DNA from: an uncultured Clostridia bacterium
Lineage (GTDB): Bacteria > Bacillota > Clostridia > TANB77 > CAG-508
NCBI GenBank assembly: GCA_947594845.1
Contig: CANQEI010000005.1
Span: 26,367 to 90,366, forward strand
Reading direction: 5' to 3'
DNA length: 64,000 nt
In this document: one piece after another, positions 46,782 to 55,299 of the stretch
Numbering within the stretch: position 1 is the first letter of the stretch
Layout: the number at the start of each line of letters is the position of its first letter
Program-made: the position numbers and the translations under genes
Notes under the pieces: generated by a model
The model's input: the letters and a program-made list of their open reading frames with translations, nothing else
What the model was told of the DNA's origin: nothing
Database searches by the model: none

Positions 46782-48638
46782 ATGAAAACCTTACAAGAAA
46801 TTGAAGAAATAAGAAAAACAAAAAGAGAAGAACTAGATTTACGAAAAAATCAAAACTCAAAAACTAGAGAAAAACACATATTAATATGTCATGGTACTGG
46901 ATGTACTTCATCAAAATCACCAGAAATATTAAAAAGATTCAGAGAAATAATCGAAGAGAAAAAAATAGAAAATGTAAGGGTAATAAAAACAGGATGTTTT
47001 GGATTATGCGCCAAAGGACCTGTTGTAATAATTAGACCAGATGACACTTTTTATGCAATGGTAACACCCGATGATTGCGAAGAAATAATAGAAAAACACA
47101 TTATGAATGGTGAAGTTGTTGAAAGATTACTTTGTAAAGATATAGATGGCAAGAAAGTACAAAAACTAGATGAATTATCTTTCTATAAAAAACAAAAAAG
47201 AATAGCACTAAAAAATTGTGGAGTGATAGATCCTGAAGAAATAGACGAATATATTGCATTTGACGGATATAAGGCATTAGAAAAAGTTTTAAAAGAAATG
47301 ACACCAGATGAAGTTATAAAGACAATATCAGATTCTGGACTAAGAGGTCGTGGAGGAGCTGGATTCCCTACAGGAAAGAAATGGGAACTTACTAAAGCAG
47401 CTGTTGGAGATCAAAAATATGTTGTATGTAATGCTGATGAAGGAGACCCAGGAGCATTCATGGATAGAAGTATTCTAGAAGGTGATCCACATTCAGTTGT
47501 AGAAGCTATGGCAATAGCTGCATACACAATAGGAGCCAATCAAGGATACATTTATGTTAGAGCAGAGTATCCAATTGCTGTACATAGATTTCAAGTAGCA
47601 ATAGACCAAGCAAGAGAATATGGAATTCTAGGAAAAAATATCTGGGGAACAGGATTTGATTTCGATTTAGACATAAGACTAGGTGCTGGAGCTTTTGTAT
47701 GTGGAGAAGAAACAGCATTACTAGAATCAATAGAAGGTAAAAGAGGACAGCCAAGAGTAAAACCTCCATTCCCAGCAGTAGCAGGATTATGGGGAAAACC
47801 AACATTAATAAACAATGTTGAAACATATGCCAATATAGCACAAATTATTTTAAACGGTTCTGAGTGGTATTCTTCAATAGGAACAGAAACATCAAAAGGA
47901 ACAAAAGTATTTGCCCTAGGTGGAAATGTTAATAACATTGGTTTGGTTGAAGTACCTATGGGAACAACATTAAGAGAAATTGTTTATGACATAGGTGGAG
48001 GAATACCAAATGGTAGAGAATTTAAAGCAGCTCAAACTGGTGGACCTTCAGGTGGATGTATACCAAAAGAACATTTAGATACACCAATAGATTATGAATC
48101 ATTAAAACAAATAGGTTCAATGATGGGATCTGGTGGACTAATAGTTATGGATGATACAAAATGTATGGTAGCATTAGCAAAGTTTTACTTAGAGTTTACT
48201 GTAAGTGAAAGTTGCGGAAAATGTACACCATGTAGAGTCGGAACAAAAAGAATGCTTGAAATATTAACAAAAATATGCGATGGTAAAGGTTCTAAAGAAG
48301 ATTTAGACAAATTACAAAAATTAGCAACAAACATAATTAAATCAAGCGTTTGCGGACTTGGACAAAGCGCTCCAAACCCAGTTATAAGTACAATGAAATA
48401 TTTTAAAGATGAATATGAAGAACACGTTATACAAAAAGAATGTAGAGCAAAAGAATGTAAAGCAATGTCTAAGATTGTTATAAATGAAGAAAAATGTAAA
48501 GGCTGCGGATTGTGCCAAAGATCATGCCCAGTTTCAGCAATTGAAGGAGAAGCTAGGGAAAAAAGAAAAATCAATCAGGATAAATGTATTAAGTGTGGAA
48601 CATGTTTAGCTAGTTGCCCATTTAAAGCAATTGAATAA
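46782..48638 (+). CDS. hydB: NuoF-like NAD(P)H/FMN subunit of a multimeric [FeFe] hydrogenase (HydB/HndC type)
   Basis: N-terminal 2Fe-2S domain, GLRGRGGAGFPTG, ESCGKCTPCR, C-terminal 2x[4Fe-4S] (CKGCGLCQRSCP, CIKCGTCLASCP). Confidence 0.9.
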   Translation: MKTLQEIEEIRKTKREELDLRKNQNSKTREKHILICHGTGCTSSKSPEILKRFREIIEEKKIENVRVIKTGCFGLCAKGPVVIIRPDDTFYAMVTPDDCEEIIEKHIMNGEVVERLLCKDIDGKKVQKLDELSFYKKQKRIALKNCGVIDPEEIDEYIAFDGYKALEKVLKEMTPDEVIKTISDSGLRGRGGAGFPTGKKWELTKAAVGDQKYVVCNADEGDPGAFMDRSILEGDPHSVVEAMAIAAYTIGANQGYIYVRAEYPIAVHRFQVAIDQAREYGILGKNIWGTGFDFDLDIRLGAGAFVCGEETALLESIEGKRGQPRVKPPFPAVAGLWGKPTLINNVETYANIAQIILNGSEWYSSIGTETSKGTKVFALGGNVNNIGLVEVPMGTTLREIVYDIGGGIPNGREFKAAQTGGPSGGCIPKEHLDTPIDYESLKQIGSMMGSGGLIVMDDTKCMVALAKFYLEFTVSESCGKCTPCRVGTKRMLEILTKICDGKGSKEDLDKLQKLATNIIKSSVCGLGQSAPNPVISTMKYFKDEYEEHVIQKECRAKECKAMSKIVINEEKCKGCGLCQRSCPVSAIEGEAREKRKINQDKCIKCGTCLASCPFKAIE

Positions 48639-48657
48639 TTAGATAAATGGAGATTTT

Positions 48658-49266
48658 ATGGTAAAAAATATAGTATTTGATGTAGGAGATGTAATACTTG
48701 TTGTTGAAAATTTAAAATCAATTAGACCATTTTTTGAAAATGAGGAAGATGCAAAACTAGTTGAAAAAGAAACATTTCTTTCAAAAGAATGGAAGTTATT
48801 AGACAAGGGATTAATTGAGTTAGATGAAGCAATGGAAACATGGAAGAAAAAAATTCCAGAACATTTACATCAAAATATGATTAAAGCAATAATAGATCAT
48901 GGAATATACTTAAAAGATAATTTAGAAGTTCTAAAAATAATTGATGAACTAAAAGAAAATGGATATAAATTATATCTTTTAACAAATTTAAATATACCAG
49001 ATTATAATAACATAATAATTAAAAGAAAATGGTATAAAAAATTTGATGGAGAAATTGTTTCAGGATATGTAAAAACAGTAAAACCTGAAAAAGAAATATA
49101 TCAAAAATTATTTGAAAAATATAATTTAATTCCTGAAGAATGCTTTTTTATAGATGATAAAAAAGAGAATACAGAAACTGGAAAAATGTTAGGAATGAAA
49201 GTAAATATTTTTTCAGACGTAGAAAAATTAAAAAAAGATTTAGAAAAAGAAGGAATAAAAATATAA
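48658..49266 (+). CDS. HAD-superfamily hydrolase (subfamily IA-like)
   Basis: IVFDVGDVIL (motif I), LLTN (motif II), FIDDKKEN (motif IV). Confidence 0.65.
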   Translation: MVKNIVFDVGDVILVVENLKSIRPFFENEEDAKLVEKETFLSKEWKLLDKGLIELDEAMETWKKKIPEHLHQNMIKAIIDHGIYLKDNLEVLKIIDELKENGYKLYLLTNLNIPDYNNIIIKRKWYKKFDGEIVSGYVKTVKPEKEIYQKLFEKYNLIPEECFFIDDKKENTETGKMLGMKVNIFSDVEKLKKDLEKEGIKI

Positions 49267-49278
49267 TAGGAGGTTAAT

Positions 49279-51036
49279 ATGAGTGAAGAATTTGTAAACC
49301 TAACAATTGATGGCACAGAAGTAAAAGTACCAAAGGGAACCACTCTTTTAGAAGCTGCAAGACAAATTGGAATAGACATACCAACACTATGTTTTTTAAA
49401 AGGCATAAACGAAGTTGGAGATTGTAGAATGTGTATAGTTGAAGTTGAAGGAAGAAGAGGATTTGCAACTTCATGTATACAAAAAGCTGAAGAAGGAATG
49501 GTAGTACATACTAATACACCAAGTGTTGTAGAAGCAAGAAGAGTAGTTTTAGATTTAATACTTTCAAATCATCCACAAGATTGCTTAACATGTACACGTT
49601 CTGGAAATTGCGAATTACAAGCAATCGCAAATAAATTTAATGTTAAGAAAATAGAATTTGAAGGCGAAAAGATTAAATATCCTATAGATGAATTATCACC
49701 TTCAATAGTAAGAGATACAAATAAATGTATTTTGTGCAGAAGATGTGTATCAACATGTAAAAAAGTACAAAAAATTGGAGCTATAGATTGTATAAATAGA
49801 GGTTTTGAATCTTGCATATCTACTGTAGATAATCAAAGTTTAAATAATGTAAATTGTACTTTCTGTGGACAATGCATTGAGAGTTGTCCAGTAGGAGCAC
49901 TACATGAAAAAGAAACAATTGATGATGTATGGGAAAAATTAAAAGATCCAGATAGTTATGTTGTTGTACAAACAGCACCAGCAGTAAGAGCTGCCTTAGG
50001 AGAAGAATTTGGAATGCCTATTGGAACAAATACAACAGGCAAAATGATAACTGCATTAAAAAGATTAGGATTTGATAAAGTTTTTGATACAAACACAGGT
50101 GCAGACTTCACAATAATGGAGGAAGCAAATGAATTTGTAGAAAGATTTTCAAATGGTGGAGTTTTACCAATGATTACATCTTGCAGTCCAGGATGGGTAA
50201 GATATATTGAAATGAATTATCCAGAACTATTACCACATTTGTCAACTTGCAAATCACCACATCAAATGTTTGGAGCTTTAATAAAATCATATTTTGCAGA
50301 AAAAGAAGGAATAGATCCAAAGAAAATTTATGTCGTTTCAGTTATGCCTTGTATAGCTAAAAAGTTTGAAAGACAACGTAAAGAGATGAAAAATAGTGAT
50401 GGACTAGATGACGTAGATAATGTTATTACAACAAGAGAATTAGCTAGAATGATTAAACAAGCTAATATAGATTTTGAAAAATTAGAAGATTCAGAATTCG
50501 ATAGTCCAATGGGAGAAGCAACAGGTGCTGCAGCAATATTTGGTACTACTGGTGGAGTTATGGAAGCTGCATTGAGAACAGCACAAGATACTCTTACAGG
50601 AAAAAATCTAGATAAGATAGATTTTGAAGCTGTAAGAGGTGGAGAAGGAATAAAGAGAGCTACTGTTGAAATAAATGGAACTAAGGTAAAGGTTGTTGCT
50701 GCAAGTGGACTTGGAAATGCTCAAGAAATAATGGAAGAAATTAAATCTGGAAAGGCTGATTATCAATTTGTGGAGATTATGGCTTGCCCAGGTGGATGTG
50801 TAATGGGTGGAGGTCAACCTATTAAGACATCTAAAGAAAGAGCTGAAATTGATATTAGAAAATTAAGGGCTGATTGCTTATATAGCATTGATGAAAAGAG
50901 TACAATAAGAAAATCTCATGAGAATCCTGTTTTAAAGAAGGTTTATAAGGAATTTTTGGAGAAACCAGGTAGTCATAAGGCTCATGAATTGTTGCATACG
51001 CATTATGAAAAAAGAGAGAAATATAACTTGAAATAA
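49279..51036 (+). CDS. hydA: [FeFe] hydrogenase catalytic subunit HydA (M3-type; 2Fe-2S, His-ligated 4Fe-4S, 2x4Fe-4S, H-domain)
   Basis: L2 MPCIAKKFE and L3 EIMACPGGCVMGGGQP are present. L1 reads TSCSPGW rather than TSCCPxW. N-terminal CRMC, HPQDCLTCTRSGNC, CILCRRCVSTC, CTFCGQCIESCP. Confidence 0.92.
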   Translation: MSEEFVNLTIDGTEVKVPKGTTLLEAARQIGIDIPTLCFLKGINEVGDCRMCIVEVEGRRGFATSCIQKAEEGMVVHTNTPSVVEARRVVLDLILSNHPQDCLTCTRSGNCELQAIANKFNVKKIEFEGEKIKYPIDELSPSIVRDTNKCILCRRCVSTCKKVQKIGAIDCINRGFESCISTVDNQSLNNVNCTFCGQCIESCPVGALHEKETIDDVWEKLKDPDSYVVVQTAPAVRAALGEEFGMPIGTNTTGKMITALKRLGFDKVFDTNTGADFTIMEEANEFVERFSNGGVLPMITSCSPGWVRYIEMNYPELLPHLSTCKSPHQMFGALIKSYFAEKEGIDPKKIYVVSVMPCIAKKFERQRKEMKNSDGLDDVDNVITTRELARMIKQANIDFEKLEDSEFDSPMGEATGAAAIFGTTGGVMEAALRTAQDTLTGKNLDKIDFEAVRGGEGIKRATVEINGTKVKVVAASGLGNAQEIMEEIKSGKADYQFVEIMACPGGCVMGGGQPIKTSKERAEIDIRKLRADCLYSIDEKSTIRKSHENPVLKKVYKEFLEKPGSHKAHELLHTHYEKREKYNLK

Positions 51037-51037
51037 A

Positions 51038-51197
51038 GAAAATAAAAAATTTAATATATTTTTTCTTGCTCCTTGTTGGCATTGCTTTCTAAAAATTACG
51101 GGAAAGCAATGCCAATCGCATTTCGCAAAATAAATTTTGCTCCATTTGGTCGCTACGCGTCGCTTCGAAAAATATATATTAAATTTTTTTATTAAAG
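51038..51197. other. Structured intergenic element: relatively GC-rich core bracketed by an imperfect AT-rich inverted repeat
   Basis: The left arm gaaaataaaaaatttaatatattttttc is approximately the reverse complement of the right arm gaaaaatatatattaaatttttttatt. The core has a perfect 14-bp hairpin (ttggcattgctttc, 51076-51089 / gaaagcaatgccaa, 51102-51115) and gcaaaat/attttgc. Confidence 0.35.
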
Positions 51198-51235
51198 TTA
51201 TTTTTTATTATTTTACTATTTCATTAAAATTATAA

Positions 51236-51280
51236 AATCAAAATGAGATGATTTATAAAAATAAATCATCTCATTTTGGT
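51236..51280 (-). terminator. Terminator of the SASP gene (palindromic, usable in both directions)
   Basis: aaaatgagatgattta (51240-51255) pairs with taaatcatctcatttt (51262-51277). Confidence 0.7.
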
Positions 51281-51335
51281 TTTAAACATTCATAAATTCT
51301 AAAAACATTCAAACTTATGATTATTTAAAATAAAA

Positions 51336-51539
51336 CTATTTGTTGATCATTGAATTTTCAGCTTGTTGTATCATTTTCTTAACCATGTTTCCACCTATTC
51401 TACCTGCATCTCTAGCTGAAATGTTTCCATTATAACCATTTTTTAAATTAACACCAACTTCACTAGCTACTTCATATTTGAATTTTTCTAATGAATCCAT
51501 AGCTTCTGGAACTAGTTTTCTATTACTATTATTTGTCAT
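51336..51539 (-). CDS. Alpha/beta-type small acid-soluble spore protein
   Basis: LVPEAMDSLEKFKYEVASEVGV...GNISARDAGRIGGNMVKKMI signature. Start at MTNNSN after ggaggtg. Confidence 0.9.
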   Translation of the reverse strand: MTNNSNRKLVPEAMDSLEKFKYEVASEVGVNLKNGYNGNISARDAGRIGGNMVKKMIQQAENSMINK

Positions 51540-51714
51540 GATTTTCACCTCCATAGTTTTTTAATTATATACCGAAAAAACTAAAAAGCTTTTTCAATAA
51601 CTATGATATGTAGATAATTAAAAATTAAACTGGAAATTTTTATACAAAATATTTGAAAAAAAATATGGTAATGTTATAATTAGTAGGAATTTAAAATAAA
51701 AAGGGGAGTTTTGT

Positions 51715-52590
51715 ATGTACAAGCTTGTAGCAATTGATTTAGATGGGACTTTATTAAATTCATATGGCGAAGTTTCGGAAAAAACGAAAGGAGCCATTAA
51801 AGATGCTACAGAAAATGGCGTAGAAGTTGTACTTGCTTCCGGAAGACCAATTAGTTCTGTAGAAGATTTAGCAAATGATTTATCAGCAAATCATTATTTA
51901 ATATCAGGAAATGGTGCTATTGTATATGATATGCACAAAAAAGAAATTGTTTATAACAATTTTTTAAGCAAAGAGCAAGTTTTAAATATAGTAAAAGTGT
52001 GCGAAGAAAATAGCATATACTATAATATCTATACTGAAAATGATGTATTAACTAAATCACTAAATTATAATACATTGTTTTATCATAGTGAAAATGCACA
52101 TAAGCAAGAAGAAAAAAGAACAAACATAAATATAATTTCAGATGTATATGATTATGTAGAAAAAAGCGAAAATGTAAATTTTTTAAAAGTAACTGTTTGT
52201 GACCAAAGTCAAATTATTTTTAATAGTATAATCAAAAAATTAAGAAATATACCAAAGATTGACGTTTTAGATGTATCACATATGTCTCGAAAAATAATAA
52301 AAACTGGAACTGAAGAAGTTTATGTCGAATATTGTTATACAGAAATTACTAATGAAAATGTAAATAAATGGGAAGCAATAAAATACATTATGGAAGAAAA
52401 TCAGATAAATAAAGAAGAAGTAATTGCAATAGGAGATAATATAAACGATAAAGAAATGATTGAAAATGCTGGATTAGGAATAGCAATGGGAAATAGTACA
52501 CAAAATATATTGGAAACAGCTGATGAAATTGTATCAACCAATAATGAAGATGGAGTTTATGAAGTATTTGAAAAACACATAAAGCTATAA
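51715..52590 (+). CDS. Cof-type HAD-IIB sugar phosphatase
   Basis: LVAIDLDGTLL, ASGRP, GDNINDKEMIENAG. Confidence 0.8.
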   Translation: MYKLVAIDLDGTLLNSYGEVSEKTKGAIKDATENGVEVVLASGRPISSVEDLANDLSANHYLISGNGAIVYDMHKKEIVYNNFLSKEQVLNIVKVCEENSIYYNIYTENDVLTKSLNYNTLFYHSENAHKQEEKRTNINIISDVYDYVEKSENVNFLKVTVCDQSQIIFNSIIKKLRNIPKIDVLDVSHMSRKIIKTGTEEVYVEYCYTEITNENVNKWEAIKYIMEENQINKEEVIAIGDNINDKEMIENAGLGIAMGNSTQNILETADEIVSTNNEDGVYEVFEKHIKL

Positions 52591-52739
52591 TTACAATTTC
52601 ATTACAGAAATATGAATTTTAAGTTACATTTATTCGACTTTATTTACTTAAATCCGCTAATGTTGTACAATAATATCAAGAGTTTTTTAATAGAATACAA
52701 AGGTACTGTCAAAAAAGTACTAATAAGGAGGAAACAAAA

Positions 52740-53681
52740 ATGGCAATGAATCCAATGCAAAGAAAAATTAGAAATTCTTTTCTTTTAGGATTTTTATTAG
52801 CAATAATAATAGGAGCAGTAGCAGTAGGACTACTATTTATGAAAATAAAAAGTTTAAATGAGGAACATGAAGCTTTACTAGAAAGCATGAGAAAGCAAAA
52901 TGTTACAGTATATGCATTAACAGCAGATGCTAAAGAAGGTCAAACTTTAGCTGGTAATGAAAAAGGTGAAGGAAGTATTGTTAAACAAGTTACAATACCT
53001 GCAAATGCTAAGCCTAAAAATGCAATAACCAATCTAAATGATTATATGATACAAGATGTTGATGAAGGTGACGACGGTGATGAAAATGAAAATCAATATA
53101 AAAGAATGGTGGCAAAAGTAGATTTAGGAGAAGGAACGATATTAACAACAGATGTAGTTGAAAGAGACAAAGCATTAGGAACTTTTAGAAACGTAGAATA
53201 TACAATGATAACATTACCTTCTCGTCTTGAAGAAGGAGACTACATAGACATAAGAATGAAATATCCTACTGGTGAAGATTTAGTTGTTTTATCAAAAATG
53301 CGTGTTAATTCATGTTCAACAAATTCTGTATGGTTAACATTATCAGAAGGCCAATTATTGCTATTAAATAATGCCATTATTGAATCATACATGCTAGAAG
53401 GAACAATGATTTATGCAACACAGTATGCTAATGCTGCACAACCAGCTTTAACTACAACATATGTTCCACAATCTAATGTATTGACATTGATATCAGCAAA
53501 TGGATTATCAGATATAGATCAAGCTATTTTAACTGCAGACGGAAGTAACAGAAATTTTATAGAAGAACTACTAGGACAATATGATGAAGAAAAACGTGAC
53601 AAAGTTATAGAAGGATTCGAAGCAGAGAAAACAAATATACAAGCTGCTAGAGAAGAATTATTAGGAGACATGGGTTATTAA
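52740..53681 (+). CDS. CpaB/RcpC-like pilus assembly protein (N-terminal TM helix plus SAF-like domain)
   Basis: TM anchor, then VTVYALTADAKEGQTL...VAKVDLGEGTILTTDVV (SAF-like). First gene of the filament locus. Confidence 0.5.
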   Translation: MAMNPMQRKIRNSFLLGFLLAIIIGAVAVGLLFMKIKSLNEEHEALLESMRKQNVTVYALTADAKEGQTLAGNEKGEGSIVKQVTIPANAKPKNAITNLNDYMIQDVDEGDDGDENENQYKRMVAKVDLGEGTILTTDVVERDKALGTFRNVEYTMITLPSRLEEGDYIDIRMKYPTGEDLVVLSKMRVNSCSTNSVWLTLSEGQLLLLNNAIIESYMLEGTMIYATQYANAAQPALTTTYVPQSNVLTLISANGLSDIDQAILTADGSNRNFIEELLGQYDEEKRDKVIEGFEAEKTNIQAAREELLGDMGY

Positions 53682-53702
53682 TATTTTTACATGGAGGAAC
53701 CA

Positions 53703-54407
53703 ATGAAAAAAATCGCTTTTATAGGGGCATACGAAAAAACGGATTTCTTGTTATACGTAGCTAAAATACTTACCGTAATGGGAAAAAAAGTATTGTTAAT
53801 AGATGGAACGATTATTCAAAAAGCTAAATACGTAGTTCCTGTAATTCATCCAACACGAACATATATGACTGAATATGAAGAAATAGACGTAGCTGTTGGC
53901 TTTACAGACATGGAAGATATAAGAAATTATTTACAAATACAATCAGACGATCAATTCCAATATGATTATGCACTTTTAGATATTGACACATATCAATCAT
54001 ATTGTAATTTCGGAGCAAAAGAAGCAATAAAAAATTATTTTGTTACATCATTTGATGTGTATTCACTAAAAAAAGGAATAGAAGCATTGTCTGGACTAGA
54101 AGAACAACTTACAATAACCAAAGTACTATTTTCAAAAGATATGTTAAGAGAAGAAGATGAATATTTAGAATTTTTAGCAATGGGTTGTAAAGTTGAATGG
54201 GAAAAAGAAAAAATATATTTACCTTTTGAAAGAGGAGATCAAAGCACAATTATAGAAAATCAAAGGACAGCCAGAATAAACTTCAAAAACTTAAGTGCAC
54301 AATATAAAGATGGCTTAAGTTATTTAGCAGAAGGAATTGTAGAACAAGAAGGAATTCCTGGTACAGAAGTACGAAAAGCAATTAGAAAAATAGAAAAAGG
54401 AGCATAA
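53703..54407 (+). CDS. ParA/MinD-fold (CpaE/TadZ-like) protein with a degenerate Walker A
   Basis: KKIAFIGAYEKTDFLLYVAKILTVMGKKVLLIDGT follows the ParA beta1-loop-helix layout but lacks GKT. Start at the ATG after ggagga. Confidence 0.4.
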   Translation: MKKIAFIGAYEKTDFLLYVAKILTVMGKKVLLIDGTIIQKAKYVVPVIHPTRTYMTEYEEIDVAVGFTDMEDIRNYLQIQSDDQFQYDYALLDIDTYQSYCNFGAKEAIKNYFVTSFDVYSLKKGIEALSGLEEQLTITKVLFSKDMLREEDEYLEFLAMGCKVEWEKEKIYLPFERGDQSTIIENQRTARINFKNLSAQYKDGLSYLAEGIVEQEGIPGTEVRKAIRKIEKGA

Positions 54408-54409
54408 AT

Positions 54410-55258
54410 ATGCCAATTATAGCATTTTGGAGTAACAGAAAAAAAGAGACTGCACAAACTTTATCAATGATAGCTATTGCAACACATATGGCAGTTGAAA
54501 ATAATAGTAAAATATTAATTGTAGATACAAATTTAAATGATAAAACAGTAGAAAGAGCATTTTGGCCAGTAGGTCAAACTTTAAATCAACAAGTTACAAG
54601 TCAATTAGGTGGTGGAAAAATAGATATAGGTTCTGGAATAGAAGGACTTTCAAAATTAATTGCTAGTGGTAGAGATGCTGGAAATCTAATTACAGACTAT
54701 GCAAAAGTTGTTTTTAAAGGAAGGCTTGAAATTATACCAAGTTTTATACCAAAAACTCAAGAAGATATACCTAGAATAATTGGAACATACAGAGAATTAG
54801 TTAGAATGGCAAACCAACAATATGACTATGTTTTTGTAGACTTACCAAAAGGTACAGATACAGATTGGGTAAACCAAATACTAGATATTTCAAATGTTAT
54901 AGTTCTAAATATGACACAAAGAATGAGCGATATGGATGATTATATAAAGCTAAAAGAAAACAATCAATTATTTTCAAAGAATAACATATTACCATTAATT
55001 GGACGATATGATAAATATTCAAAATACTCAAAAAGAAATATTGCAAGATATATTGGAGAAAAGAGAGACATACCAGCAGTATCATATAATACATTATTTT
55101 TTGAATCAGCAAACGAAGGAGAAATTGGAACATATTTCTTAAAATTTAGAAAAAGTTTAATAAGCAGTCAAGATAGAAATGCTGTATTTGTTAATGAAGT
55201 AACAAGTGCAGCTGAAAGATTAGTCCTAAAAGTACAAGAAGTTGCAATGATGAGATAA
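54410..55258 (+). CDS. Second ParA/MinD-fold (CpaE/TadZ-like) protein with a degenerate Walker A
   Basis: IIAFWSNRKKETAQTLSMIAIATHMAVENNSKILIVDTN and YDYVFVDLP (Walker B-like). Confidence 0.4.
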   Translation: MPIIAFWSNRKKETAQTLSMIAIATHMAVENNSKILIVDTNLNDKTVERAFWPVGQTLNQQVTSQLGGGKIDIGSGIEGLSKLIASGRDAGNLITDYAKVVFKGRLEIIPSFIPKTQEDIPRIIGTYRELVRMANQQYDYVFVDLPKGTDTDWVNQILDISNVIVLNMTQRMSDMDDYIKLKENNQLFSKNNILPLIGRYDKYSKYSKRNIARYIGEKRDIPAVSYNTLFFESANEGEIGTYFLKFRKSLISSQDRNAVFVNEVTSAAERLVLKVQEVAMMR

Positions 55259-55299
55259 AAGCAAAAAAAGAAGCAAAAGAGAAAGGAGTTTCTTTAGAA

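Noticed and set aside
50230-50260. Idea that the Cys in STCKSP compensates for the missing L1 cysteine of HydA
   Set aside because: From memory, S-[ST]-C-K-S-P is common in ordinary HydA sequences that also keep TSCCP. It is therefore not evidence of a ligand swap.
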